From Octopus vulgaris (taxonomy: Eukaryota): DNA of 64,000 nucleotides. The stretch covers positions 33,728,001-33,792,000 of the forward strand of contig OX597839.1 in assembly GCA_951406725.2 (NCBI GenBank). Reading direction: 5' to 3'. The position numbers were made by a program, and so were the translations under genes. Positions 14,940 through 28,376 of this stretch are shown here, in pieces. Positions within the stretch are counted from its first letter, which is position 1; each line of letters opens with the position of its first letter. The notes beneath the pieces are model-generated. The model saw only the letters and a program-made list of their open reading frames with translations. It did not search any database and was not told the DNA's origin.

Positions 14940-15141
14940 ATATATATATATATTATATATATAGAAATTAGTGGTTAACTCTCTAATAATTTATGTATAA
15001 ATTTGTATTTTCTCCGTAGGTTTTGTGCTAAGCCACTCGGTGTTAAATTAATGGTATTATTAAATTAATATTAATTTTTCACCCTCATTTATAAATATTA
15101 TGTATATAGATATATTATATACATATATATACACATACATA

Positions 15142-15186
<45 letters not shown>

Positions 15187-15374
15187 GCACATATATATAT
15201 ATATACAGAGAGAGAGAGATATTACTTTTTTTTACGTGTCTCAGTCATTTGACTGTGGCTATGCTGGAGCACCGCCTTTAAGTTATATATATATATTATA
15301 TATATAGATATATTATATACATATATATACACAAACATATGTACACATACACACACACACATATATATATATAG

Positions 15375-15411
<37 letters not shown>

Positions 15412-15679
15412 CATACACACACACACACACATATATATATATAGTAATGTGGGGAAAACTCCGATCTTGTGAATTTTCCGAAGTCCTCTCCCCACCCTCC
15501 CGTTGCTTTGCACGCATTTTTTTTGTTCATATTCGCTTCCTTTTCATTGTTTTACACCCATTCCAGTATTTTTTCTTTTCTTTTTCGCTTTGCATTTCCT
15601 AAACATTAACCATAAGTCTGAATAAAATTTGTTATAAACCCGTTCAAAGAAGGATTTTATTCCAATTTTATGCTACACG

Positions 15680-15993
15680 CCGACTGACCGATTAATCACG
15701 TCTGGCCAACGTCTGTCCGACAGACTTTTTAATCACGTCTGGCCAATCGTCTGTCCAACGTCTGTCCGACTGTCCCATTAATCACGTCTGGCCAACGTCT
15801 GTCCCACGTCTCTCCGACTGACCCATTAATCACGTCTGTCGAACGACTGACCGACAGACCCATTAATCACGTCTGGCCAACGTCTGTCCGACTGTCCCAT
15901 TAATCACGTCTGGCCAACGTCTGTCCGACTGTCCCTTTAATCACGTCTGGCCAACATCTGTCCGACTGTCCCATTAATCACGTCTGGCCAACG
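15680..15993. repeat. 37-bp minisatellite, ~8 units
   Basis: Tandem units, some partial. Confidence 0.9.
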
Positions 15994-16759
15994 AGACAGA
16001 CGAGTTGTTTGTTATTAGATAAGGACAATAACCATCTATAAACATTACGCCGCACTTTCGTACTTAACGCAAAATGAGATATTTGTATTTTTACTTATTA
16101 TTTACTATTGTAGAAAGGAATTAATGATGGCATATTATAATTCATAACGCAAACAAACGTGCGCGCACACACACACTCATACACACACACACACACACAT
16201 ACTTATATACCTGTGTCACTATACCTGTGATCATTGTCAGATTTTATCGGCTGACGTCACACGTAACATTTTTGCCTTCGCAAACCAGGAAGTGAAACTG
16301 TTGAACTTTATTTTCCCAGTGAAAATTGATAATTTTTACAGATTTCCTTGTTTTAATACGCCGCACGTTATAGAATTTTTAGCAAATCACTTCTTCCTAA
16401 CATCTGCAACAGACGCAGTTATTACGAAACGTGCTCTCGTTTTGTCTTTGTTATTTTCGCCCTTAGCATTGTAAAACGGCCGACTGCCACAGCATTTTGT
16501 GTTCTGATACTAACATCGAATTAACAGGAAAATAAAATCTGTAAGAAACAGCTTCCTTCTTTCTCTTCATTTTTATGTTGCATGTTTCGCTGACCCACGA
16601 ACATCAAATCTTCTCAGTGTAACACAATCGGTTAGAACTATGTGAAATGCGCATTTTCTAAAAGTATTCAGGTGAAACTATTTAATCGCTTGAATGACAT
16701 GACTTTATATATTTGTAGTTTCTTTGTTATTGGTTTCTAAGAGAAAAAATAACTCTGAT

Positions 16760-16940
16760 TTACGTCATCAGAAGAAAACTATCCAGAACTTTGAAGAAAA
16801 TTTGATTGGTTGAAGGAAATTTAACAAGAAACAATGAAATATATGTGTTTGTAAATAACTAGGCTCAGTTAATGAAGTCATCGAACTGAGCAGACTACAT
16901 TACCCGAAACGTTTATCTTCGTAAACCAGGAAGTGAAAGC
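16760..16940 (+). promoter_or_regulatory. Shared upstream module of class C/D/E/F genes: TTACGTCA, ATTGG, an 8-bp inverted repeat (16863-16891) and GGAAGTGAAA (16929-16938)
   Basis: The motifs recur at the same spacing before each C, D, E and F ATG and before the inverted copy at 62065. Confidence 0.45.
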
Positions 16941-17021
16941 GTGGACTGTTTTGCTTTTTCTTTTCCAGGTAAAAATTGATATTTTTAGAGATTTATATTG
17001 TTTTCATATTAAGAACTTTAT

Positions 17022-18134
17022 ATGAGCATGGATGACGACCGAGTATATTATATTTATAAGGATCAATTTCAAAAACTCCTTGTTGATTTTATAAAACTCA
17101 TGGACGATATCAAATCATTTTTAGATGAAGCTTTATCCAATGGTTTGCTGACTAATAGCAATAAAGAGAGCATAATGTCTGAAAGAGATTCTAACAATCA
17201 GAAACGACGGTTACACGAAATCCTAGGTAAGAAACTACCGGATGGGTCCCGTAAATTTGTGTCGGCTTTGGAAAAGTCAAACCATAAGGAAATTCTCAAG
17301 CTATTAGACGATCCGTCAGTCTACCCGATGAAATTCAAACTTCATGGTCGTGTTATATTAATAAATAATGTGAAATTTCCCGTTGGGAGTAAATACAATG
17401 AAAGGCTCGGAAGCGAAAAGGATGTGGAAGGTATCAGGGAACTTTTCAAGGCTTTCAATTTCGATGTTCAACTTTATTCTGATAAAACGGCCGAGGAAAT
17501 GAAAAGAATAATTGAGAAAGCATCGAAGGAAAGTACAGCCAGTGAAGATTGTTTCGTTATGTTCTTGATGTCACATGGTGTTAGAGGGAGTATCATTGGA
17601 ACTGATGGTAAGGAATTATCTTATTCCACTATTAACGACGCTCTAAAGGACACTATTAACGACGATCCAGAGAAGAGTTCTCAGCTGAAAGACAAACCAA
17701 AGCTCATTTATGTAAATACTTATCAATTTAAACATGAGAAGGATAATGTCCCGAAAGGCACCGACGCTTCTTCAACTAAAGAAAATACTTGTCGAAGTGA
17801 AACTCAAGTCAAAGTTGACGCAGAATGTAGCAGCGCTGTCGAAAGTAATTCTGAAAAGGAATACATCGGGCAATATTTCAACGTTCCAGATCTCTATGTT
17901 ACTTTTGCCTCCGTTCCAGAAGGCCTTGCTTACCGAACTGAGGAAAGTGGTACTGTTTTCATAAAAAGTTTAATCAGTGTTTATGAAAGGAACAAAGATA
18001 GATGTGACATCTCATCATTATCACTTGATATAAATTCAGAAGTTTCGAAGGAATGCAAAGAGATTTCCAAGGATCAGGTTTCAAGTTGTTATTCCACCTT
18101 GAAGAGAAAGGTGATTCTTCGAGCCACAGATTAA
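17022..18134 (+). CDS. CARD-pseudocaspase, class C (C1), intact ORF, 370 aa, catalytic Cys>Tyr
   Basis: MSHG retained. YVNTYQ with TAT at 17721-17723. 24-bp internal duplication (TINDALKD-TINDDPEK). Long linker. Confidence 0.88.
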   Translation: MSMDDDRVYYIYKDQFQKLLVDFIKLMDDIKSFLDEALSNGLLTNSNKESIMSERDSNNQKRRLHEILGKKLPDGSRKFVSALEKSNHKEILKLLDDPSVYPMKFKLHGRVILINNVKFPVGSKYNERLGSEKDVEGIRELFKAFNFDVQLYSDKTAEEMKRIIEKASKESTASEDCFVMFLMSHGVRGSIIGTDGKELSYSTINDALKDTINDDPEKSSQLKDKPKLIYVNTYQFKHEKDNVPKGTDASSTKENTCRSETQVKVDAECSSAVESNSEKEYIGQYFNVPDLYVTFASVPEGLAYRTEESGTVFIKSLISVYERNKDRCDISSLSLDINSEVSKECKEISKDQVSSCYSTLKRKVILRATD

Positions 18135-19056
18135 CCTAATCCTCTCTTCTCCTTCTTTCATTAAAATATAAAGAAATTGAACAACAATGGTATGTACGTT
18201 AAACCTTTCCAAATTCGCCTCCATCCACAACCTAATCTGTTAATCTTGGATTCCACTTCACCTGACTAATACTTATTTCTGATTTCGGTACAAAGCCAAC
18301 AATTTAAAGAGGAGGACTTATCAGACACCATTCTCTGGAGAACTTTATTTTATTTTATAAATTACAAACGATATTTCTTTTGAATTCCTTGAGAAGTTGC
18401 TGTTGTTTTATGCGATTGGAAACCAACTGGATTCCACTGCATTCCGGTCGAGTGCAAGGGAGGTAACTGTAGCAGTCTCACGCCTCTACTGTAGAAAAGC
18501 CAAGTTGCTATACGCTAAATAGGCGGTTTTTGCTCCAGCATGACCTTGGTCGTGATGGCTTAAAAGAAGCAAACGAGACCAGGAAGATCTCAGATCATTA
18601 AATACGTATTAACATACATACATTCATACATACACACACACACATATATATATGTGTGGAGAGGGAAAATTTAAGATCTTTCCCTTCTACAAATGTCCGA
18701 AGAACGACACCTCTTTCAGGAGGAATATGGAAAAATATTTCATAGCTAAGTTGTCCCCCAAATTAAACGGCTGAAACTTTACTCATCATACATTGAAGGA
18801 CAAATCTTTCGATTTACAATATAATATAGTAGAACATTTAATATGTGTGTGTGTGTATATATATATATAGGTGTGTGTATATATATATTACCTGTTATAT
18901 ACATTATATTGGTTTTGTAATTTACTTGATCTTTACTTGCCAATTGTCATTCTAATTTTAACCTTCCTATGATATGCAATTTTCAAGATGGTGTAATTTG
19001 ATTGTTCCTTTTGAATCGATAGAAGGTGGGTTTTTTCTAATATTTCATGTGTAAGC

Positions 19057-19129
<73 letters not shown>

Positions 19130-20263
19130 CATTGAAGGACACATTTTTCGATTTACAATCTAATATAGTAGAACATTTAGTATATGTCTGTATATGTATA
19201 TATATGTGTGTGTGTGTATATACATTGCCAGTTATATACATTATATTATTTTTATATTTTTATAATTTACTTCCATCTTCACTTTTTAATTGTCACTTTA
19301 ATTTTAACTTTCCTATGATATACAATTTTCAAGATGGTGTAATTTAGTTGTTCATTTTGAACCGATAAAAGGTTTTTTTTCAAATATTTCATGTATAAGT
19401 CTGTGTATATATATGTTGTGGTATAAATATCAACACAATTTTTTTCCCCTTCCTCCCTTATTTTTATTTTCCCTTTTCTCTTTTTGTCTCTCTCCCCTTC
19501 TCCAAACACACAGACACACACACACAGACACACACACACGCATGACATGACTTTTTCAAGGCTGACATCAACTCGTCTGAAACATTCCAAGTTCGACCGT
19601 CAAACTTAGATAAGTTCTATTGTTTAACTCAGCATTTCGGGGTAAAATAGAGGTAAATGGAGATAAGCGAATTCATTTCCCATTCTACTCCGATCCACAT
19701 TCAACAATCCAACATGTATAACTACGAATCCTCTCAGAATATTCGGTAACAATCGTTTTCGCTTTCAGACGACGCACTCACAGTATTTTTAGCAAATCAC
19801 TTCTTCCTAACATCCGCAACAGACGCAGTTATTACGAAACGTGCTCTCGTTTTGTCTTTGTTATTTTCGCCCTTAGCATTGTAAAACGGCCGACTGCCAC
19901 AGCATTTTGTATTCTGACACTAACATCGAATTAACAGGAAAATAAAATCTGTAAGAAACAGCTTCCTTCTTTCTCTTCATTTTTATGTTGCATGTTTCGC
20001 TGACCCACGAACATCAAATCTTCTCAGTGTAACACAATCGGTTAGAATTATGTGAAATGCGCATTTTCTAAAAGTATTCAGGTGAAACTATTTAATCGCT
20101 TGAATGACATGACTTTAAATATTTGTAGTTTCTTTGTTATTGGTTTCTAAAAGAAAAAAATAACTCTGATTTACGTCATCAGAGGAAAACTATCCAGAAC
20201 TTTGAAGAAAATTTGATTGGTTGAAGGAAATTTAACAAGAGCCATTGAAATATATGTGTTTTT

Positions 20264-20468
20264 TTACCGAAGTAGGAAGAAAGGGAGTCTTTTCATTACA
20301 TCTTTACTCAAAGTCTATGAAAATAGCAAAAGCAAGTGCAACATCTCATCATTATCAGTTGAAATAAATTCATAAGTTTCGAAGGAATGCAAAGAGATTT
20401 CCAAGGATCAGGTTTCAAGTTGTTATTCCACCTTGAAGAGAAAGGTGATTCTTCGAGCCACAGATTAA
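20264..20468 (+). pseudogene. C-terminal caspase fragment (class E-like small subunit) fused directly to the upstream module
   Basis: YRSRKKGSLFITSLLKVYENSK...KRKVILRATD*; the rest of the gene is deleted. Confidence 0.8.
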
Positions 20469-21401
20469 CCTAATTCTCTCTTCTCCTTCTTTCGTTAAAA
20501 TATAAAGAAATTGAACAACAATGGTATGTACGTTAAACCTTTCCAAATTCGCCTCCATCCACAACCTAATCTGTTATACTTGGATTCCACTTCACCTGAC
20601 TAATACTTATTTCTGATTTCGGTACAAAGCCAACAATTTAAAGAGGAGGACTTATCAGACACCATTCTCTGCAGAACTTTATTTTATTTTATAAATTACA
20701 AACGATATTTCTTTTGAATTCCTTGAGAAGTTGCTGTTGTTTTATGCGATTGGAAACCAACTGGATTCCACTGCATTCCGGTCGAGTGCAAGGGAGGTAA
20801 CTGTAGCAGTCTCACGCCTCTACTGTAGAAAAGCCAAGTTGCTATACGCTAAATAGGCGGTTTTTGCTCCAGCATGACCTTGGTCGTGATGGCTTAAACG
20901 AAGCAAACGAGACCAGGAAGATCTCAGATCATTAAATACGTATTTACATACATACATACATACATAATACATACATACATACATACATACATACATACAT
21001 ACATAAATAAATACATACATACATACATACATACATACATACATACATACATACATACATACATACATACATACATACATACATACATACATACATACAA
21101 ACATACATACATACATACATACATACATACATACATACATACATACATACATACATACATACATACATACATACATACATACATACATACATACATACAT
21201 ACATACATACATACATACACACACATATATACATGTGGAGAGGGAAAATTTAAGATCTTTCCCTTCTACAAATGTCCGAGGAATATGGAAAAATATTTCA
21301 TAGCTAAGTTCTCCCCCAAATTAAACGGCTGAAACTTTACTCATCATACATTGAAGGACAAATCTTTCGATTTACAATATAATATAGTAGAACATTTAAT
21401 A

Positions 21402-21437
<36 letters not shown>

Positions 21438-21627
21438 GGTGTGTGTATTTATATATTACCTGTTATATACATTATATTGGTTTTGTAATTTACTTGATCT
21501 TTACTTGCCAATTGTCATTCTAATTTTAACCTTCCTATGATATGCAATTTTCAAGATTGTGTAATTTGATTGTTCATTTTGAATCGATAGAAGGTGGGTT
21601 TTTTCTAATATTTCATGTGTAAGCATG

Positions 21628-21698
<71 letters not shown>

Positions 21699-23008
21699 CA
21701 TTGAAGGACACATTTTTCGATTTACAATCTAATATAGTAGAACATTTAGTATATGTCTGTATATGTATATATATGTGTGTGTGTATATATATAAATACAT
21801 TGCCTGTTATATGCATTATATTATTTTTATATTTTTATAATTTACTTCCATCTTCACTTTTTAATTGTCACTTTAATTTTAACTTTCCTATGATATACAA
21901 TTTTCAAGATGGTGTAATTTAGTTGTTCATTTTGAACCAATAAAAGGTTTTTTTTCAAATATTTCATGTATAAGTCTGTGTATATATATGTTGTGGTATA
22001 AATATCAACACAATTTTTTTTCCCTTCCTCCCTTATTTTTATTTTCCCTTTTCTCTTTTTGTCTCTCTCCCCTTCTCCAAACACACAGACACACACACAC
22101 AGACACACACACACGCATGACATGACTTTTTCAAGGCTGACATCAACTCATCTGAAACATTCCAAGTTCGACCGTCAAACTTAGATAAGTTCTATTGTTT
22201 AACTCAGCATTTCGAGGGTAAAATAGAGGTAAATGGAGATAAGCGAATTTATTTCCCATTCTACTCCGATCCACATTCAACAATCCAACATGTATAACTA
22301 CGAATCCTCTCAGAATATTCGGTAACAATCGTTTTCGCTTTCAGACGACGCACTCACAGTATTTTTAGCAAATCACTTCTTCCTAACATCCGCAACAGAC
22401 GCAGTTATTACGAAACGTGCTCTCGTTTTGTCTCTGTTATTTTCGCCCTTAGCATTGTAAAACGGCCGATTGCCACAGCATTTTGTGTTCTGATACTAAC
22501 ATCGAATTAACAGGAAAATAAAATCTGTAAGAAACAGCTTCCTTCTTTCTCTTCATTTTTATGTTGCATGTTTCGCTGACCCACGAACATCAAATCTTCT
22601 CAGTGTAACACAATCGGTTAGAACTATGTGAAATGCGCATTTTCTAAAAGTATTCAGGTGAAACTATTTAATCGCTTGAATGACATGACTTTAAATATTT
22701 GTAGTTTCTTTGTTATTGGTTTCTAAGAGAAAAAATAACTTTGATTTACGTCATCAGAGGAAAACTATCCAGAACTTTGAAGAAAATTTGATTGGTTGAA
22801 GGAAATTTAACAAGAGCCATTGAAATATATGTGTTTGTAAATAACTAGGCTCAGTTAATGAAGTCATCGAACTGAGCAGACTACATTACCCGAAACGTTT
22901 TTCTTCGTAAACCAGGAAGTGAAAGGGTGGACTGTTTTGCTTTTTTCTTTTCCAGGTAAAAATTGATATTTTTAGAGATTTATATTGTTTTCATATTAAG
23001 AACTTTAT

Positions 23009-24097
23009 ATGAGCATGAATGAAGACCGAGTATATTATATTTATAAGGATCAATTTCAAAAACTCCGAGTTGATTTTGTAAAACTCATGGACGATATCAA
23101 ATCATTTTTAGATGCAGCTTTATCCAATGGTTTGCTGACATATAGCCATAAAGAGAGCATAATATCTGAAAGAGATTCTAACGATCAGAAACGACGGTTA
23201 CACGAAATCCTAGGTAAGAAACTACCAGATGAGTCCCGTAAATTTGTGTCGGCTTTGGAAACGTCAAACCATAATAAAATTCTCGAGCTATTAGACGATC
23301 CGTCAGTCTACCCGATGAAATTCAAACTTCATGGTCGTGTTATATTAATAAATAATGTGAAATTTCCCGTTGGGAGTAACTACAATGAAAGGCTCGGAAG
23401 CGAAAAGGATGTGGAAGGTATCACGAAACTTTTCAAGGCTTTCAACTTCGATGTTCAACTTTATTCTAATAAAACGGCCGAGGAAATGGAAGGAATAATT
23501 GAGAAAGCATCGCAGGAAAGTACAGCCCGTGAAGATTGTTTCGTTATGTTCTTGATGTCCCATGGTGTTAGAGGGAGTATCATTGGAACTGATGGTAAGG
23601 AATTATCTTATTCCACTATTAACGACGCTCTAAAGAAGAGGTCTCCGCTGAAAGACAAACCAAAGCTCATTTACGTAAATACTTATCAATTTAAACATGA
23701 GAAGGATAATGTCCCGAAAGGCACCGACGTTTCTTCAACTAAAGAAAATACTTGTCGAAGTGAAACTCAAGTCAAAGTTGACGCAGAATGTAGCAGCGCT
23801 GTCGAAAGTAATTCTGAAAAGGAATACATCGGGCAATATTTCAACGTTCCAGATCTCTATGTTACTTTTGCCACCGTTCCAGAAGGCCTTGCTTACCGAA
23901 CTGAGGAAAGTGGTTCTTTTTTCATAAAAAGTTTAATCAGTGTTTATGAAAGGAACAAAGATAGATGTAACATCTCATCATTATCACTTCATATAAATTC
24001 AGAAGTTTCGAAGGAATGCAAAGAGATTTCCAAGGATCAGGTTTCAAGTTGTTATTCCACCTTGAAGAGAAAGGTGATTCTTCGAGCCACAGATTAA
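23009..24097 (+). CDS. CARD-pseudocaspase, class D (D1), intact ORF, 362 aa, catalytic Cys>Tyr
   Basis: MSHG; YVNTYQ with TAT at 23684-23686. Confidence 0.88.
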   Translation: MSMNEDRVYYIYKDQFQKLRVDFVKLMDDIKSFLDAALSNGLLTYSHKESIISERDSNDQKRRLHEILGKKLPDESRKFVSALETSNHNKILELLDDPSVYPMKFKLHGRVILINNVKFPVGSNYNERLGSEKDVEGITKLFKAFNFDVQLYSNKTAEEMEGIIEKASQESTAREDCFVMFLMSHGVRGSIIGTDGKELSYSTINDALKKRSPLKDKPKLIYVNTYQFKHEKDNVPKGTDVSSTKENTCRSETQVKVDAECSSAVESNSEKEYIGQYFNVPDLYVTFATVPEGLAYRTEESGSFFIKSLISVYERNKDRCNISSLSLHINSEVSKECKEISKDQVSSCYSTLKRKVILRATD

Positions 24098-24592
24098 CCT
24101 AATTCTCTCTTCTCCTTCTCTCATTAAAATATAAAGAAATTGAACAACAATGGTATGTACGTTAAACCTTTCCAAATTCGCCTCCATCCACAACCTAATC
24201 TGTTAATCTTGGATTCCACTTCACCTGACTAATAAGTATTTCTGATTTCGGTACAAAGCCAACAATTTAAAGAGGAGGACTTATCAGACACCATTCTCTG
24301 CAGAACTTTATTTTATTTTATAAATTACATACGATATTTCTTTTGAATTCCTTGAGAAGTTGCTGTTGTTTTATGCGATTGGAAACCAAATGGATTCCAC
24401 TGCATTCCGGTCGAGTGCAAGGGAGGTAACTGTAGCAGTCTCACGCCTCTACTGTAGAAAAGCCAAGTTGCTATACGCTAAATAGGCGGTTTTTGCTCCA
24501 GCATGACCTTGGTCGTGATGGCTTAAACGAAGCAAACGAGACCAGGAAGATCTCAGATCATTAAATACGTATTTACATACATACATACATAC

Positions 24593-24623
<31 letters not shown>

Positions 24624-24673
24624 CATACATACATACATACATACATACATACATACATACATACATACATACG

Positions 24674-24740
<67 letters not shown>

Positions 24741-25051
24741 TTATATATATATATATTCATATGTGGACGGCACCCACTTCTGTTATTTTTTTCAGAATCC
24801 CCCCATTCTGTAAAAAAAAAACCCCCAAAAAAAGCCAAGTGGAATCGGTCTGCATTCTTTAAGTCCGCTTTATATGTGTGTCTCTGTATAAATATAATTG
24901 TCGCATTTAATCAAATTTCATTACACCGATCGTTTTTGCCTTCGCAAACCAGGAAGTGAAACGGTTGACTCTTTAGCTTTTTATTCCCGATGAATATTGA
25001 TATTTTTTTTACAGATTTCTATTATTTTAATATCTATAATTTTATATAAAC

Positions 25052-25149
25052 GTGAGCAGTGAAGAAGAAGTACATCATATTTCTCAGGAACGATTTATGC
25101 AAACCCGAGTTTATTTTGTAAAACCCGTGGACGATCTCGGATCATTTTC
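25052..25149 (+). pseudogene. B-type CARD N-terminal fragment with a GTG start
   Basis: SSEEEVHHISQERFMQTRVYFVKPVDDLGSF matches the class B N-terminus, then fuses to the intergenic module. Confidence 0.75.
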
Positions 25150-26251
25150 CTATGATATACAATTTTCAAGATGGTGTAATTTAGTTGTTCATTTTGAACC
25201 GATAAAAGTTTTTTTTTCAAATATTTCATGTATAAGTCTGTGTATATATATGTTGTGGTATAAATATCAACACAATTTTTTTCCCTTCCTCCCTTATTTT
25301 TAGTTTCCTTTTCTCTTTTTGTCTCTCTCCCCTTCTCCAAACACACAGACACAGACACACGCATGACATGACTTTTTCAAGGCTGACATCAACTCGTCTG
25401 AAACATTCCAAGTTCGACCGTCAAACTTAGATAAGTTCTATTGTTTAACTCAGCATTTCGGGGTAAAATAGAGGTAAATGGAGATAAGCGAATTCATTTC
25501 CCATTCTACTCCGATCCACATTCAACAATCCAACATGTATAACTACAAATCCTCTCAGAATATTCGGTAACAATCGTTTTCGCTTTCAGACGACGCACTC
25601 ACAGTATTTTTAGCAAATCACTTCTTCCTAACATCCGCAACAGACGCAGTTATTACGAAACGTGCTCTCGTTTTGTCTCTGTTATTTTCGCCCTTAGCAT
25701 TGTAAAACGGCCGATTGCCACAGCATTTTGTGTTCTGATACTAACATCGAATTAACAGGAAAATAAAATCTGTAAGAAACAGCTTCCTTCTTTCTCTTCA
25801 TTTTTATGTTGCATGTTTCGCTGACCCACGAACATCAAATCTTCTCAGTGTAACACAATCGGTTAGAACTATGTGAAATGCGCATTTTCTAAAAGTATTC
25901 AGGTGAAACTATTTAATCGCTTGAACGACATGACTTTAAATATTTGTAGTTTCTTTGTTATTGGGTTCTAAGAGAAAAAATAACTTTGATTTACGTCATC
26001 AGAGGAAAACTATCCAGAACTTTGAAGAAAATTTGATTGGTTGAAGGAAATTTAACAAGAGCCATTGAAATATGTGTTTGTAAATAACTAGGCTCAGTTA
26101 ATGAAGTCATCGAACTGAGCAGACTACATTACCCGAAACGTTTTTCTTCGTAAACCAGGAAGTGAAAGGGTGGACTGTTTTGCTTTTTTCTTCTCCAGGT
26201 AAAAATTGATATTTTTAGAGATTTATATTGTTTTCATATTAAGAACTTTAT

Positions 26252-27340
26252 ATGAGCATGAATGAAGACCGAGTATATTATATTTATAAGGATCAATTTC
26301 AAAAACTCCGAGTTGATTTTGTAAAACTCATGGACGATATCAAATCATTTTTAGATGCAGCTTTATCCAATGGTTTGCTGACATATAGCCATAAAGAGAG
26401 CATAATGTCTGAAAGAGATTCTAACGATCAGAAACGACGGTTACACGAAATCCTAGGTAAGAAACTACCAGATGAGTCCCGTAAATTTGTGTCGGCTTTG
26501 GAAACGTCAAACCATAATAAAATTCTCGAGCTATTAGACGATCCGTCAGTCTACCCGATGAAATTCAAACTTCATGGTCGTGTTATATTAATAAATAATG
26601 TGAAATTTCCCGTTGGGAGTAAATACAATGAAAGGCTCGGAAGCGAAAAGGATGTGGAAGGTATCACGAAACTTTTCAAGGCTTTCAACTTCGATGTTGA
26701 ACTTTATTCTAATTAAACGGCCGAGGAAATGGAAGGAATAATTGAGAAAGCATCGCAGGAAAGTACAGCCCGTGAAGATTGTTTCGTTATGTTCTTGATG
26801 TCCCATGGTGTTAGAGGGAGTATCATTGGAACTGATGGTAAGGAATTATCTTATTCCACTATTAACGACGCTCTAAAGAAGAGGTCTCCGCTGAAAGACA
26901 AACCAAAGCTCATTTACGTAAATACTTATCAATTTAAACATGAGAAGGATAATGTCCCGAAAGGCACCGACGTTTCTTCAACTAAAGAAAATACTTGTCG
27001 AAGTGAAACTCAAGTCAAAGTTGACGCAGAATGTAGCAGCGCTGTCGAAAGTAATTCTGAAAAGGAATACATCGGGCAATATTTCAACGTTCCAGATCTC
27101 TATGTTACTTTTGCCACCGTTCCAGAAGGCCTTGCTTACCGAACTGAGGAAAGTGGTTCTTTTTTCATAAAAAGTTTAATCAGTGTTTATGAAAGGAACA
27201 AAGATAGATGTAACATCTCATCATTATCACTTCATATAAATTCAGAAGTTTCGAAGGAATGCAAAGAGATTTCCAAGGATCAGGTTTCAAGTTGTTATTC
27301 CACCTTGAAGAGAAAGGTGATTCTTCGAGCCACAGATTAA
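26252..27340 (+). pseudogene. Class D copy with an in-frame AAA>TAA stop at 26714-26716 (154-aa CARD-plus product) and Cys>Tyr
   Basis: The two ORF-track segments are in the same frame; tct aat TAA acg versus tct aat aaa acg. Confidence 0.8.
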
Positions 27341-27900
27341 CCTAATTCTCTCTTCTCCTTCTCTCATTAAAATATAAAGAAATTGAACAACAATGGTATG
27401 TACGTTAAACCTTTCCAAATTCGCCTCCATCCACAACCTAATCTGTTAATCTTGGATTCCACTTCACCTGACTAATAAGTATTTCTGATTTCGGTACAAA
27501 GCCAACAATTTAAAGAGGAGGACTTATCAGACACCATTCTCTGCAGAACTTTATTTTATTTTATAAATTACATACGATATTTCTTTTGAATTCCTTGAGA
27601 AGTTGCTGTTGTTTTATGCGATTGGAAACCAACTGGATTCCACTGCATTCCGGTCGAGTGCAAGGGAGGTAACTGTAGCAGTATCACGCCTCTACTGTAG
27701 AAAAGCCAAGTTGCTATACGCTAAATAGGCGGTTTTTGCTCCAGCATGACCTTGGTCGTGATGGCTTAAACGAAGCAAACGAGACCAGGAAGATCTCAGA
27801 TCATTAAATACGTATTTACATACATACATACATACTTACATACATACATACATACATACATACGTATGTACGTACATACATACATACATACATACATACG

Positions 27901-27932
<32 letters not shown>

Positions 27933-27933
27933 G

Positions 27934-27990
<57 letters not shown>

Positions 27991-28278
27991 TATGTGGACG
28001 GCACCCACTTCTGTTATTTTTTTCAGAATCCCCCATTCTGTAAAAAAAAACAAAAAAAAAAGCCAAGTGGAATCGGTCTGCATTCTTTAAGTCCGCTTTA
28101 TATGTGTGTCTCTGTATAAATATAATTGTCGCATTTAATCAAATTTCATTACACCGATCGTTTTTGCCTTCGCAAACCAGGAAGTGAAACGGTTGACTCT
28201 TTAGCTTTTTATTCCCGATGAATATTGATATTTTTTTACAGATTTCTATTATTTTAATATCTATAATTTTATATAAAC

Positions 28279-28376
28279 GTGAGCAGTGAACAAGAAGTAC
28301 ATCATATTTCTCAGGAACGATTTATGCAAATCCGAGTTTATTTTGTAAAACCCGTGGACGATCTCGGATCATTTTC
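28279..28376 (+). pseudogene. B-type CARD N-terminal fragment (GTG start)
   Basis: As at 25052. Confidence 0.75.

Noticed and set aside
17734-17964. Recurrent overlapping ORF MRRIMSRKAP... and the antisense ORF MGHQEHNET... (23345-23563)
   Set aside because: They recur only because the host genes are recent duplicates; no independent coding evidence.
26714-26716. Editing-mediated read-through of the shared TAA
   Set aside because: It would need both adenosines edited and would yield Trp instead of Lys; no supporting evidence.
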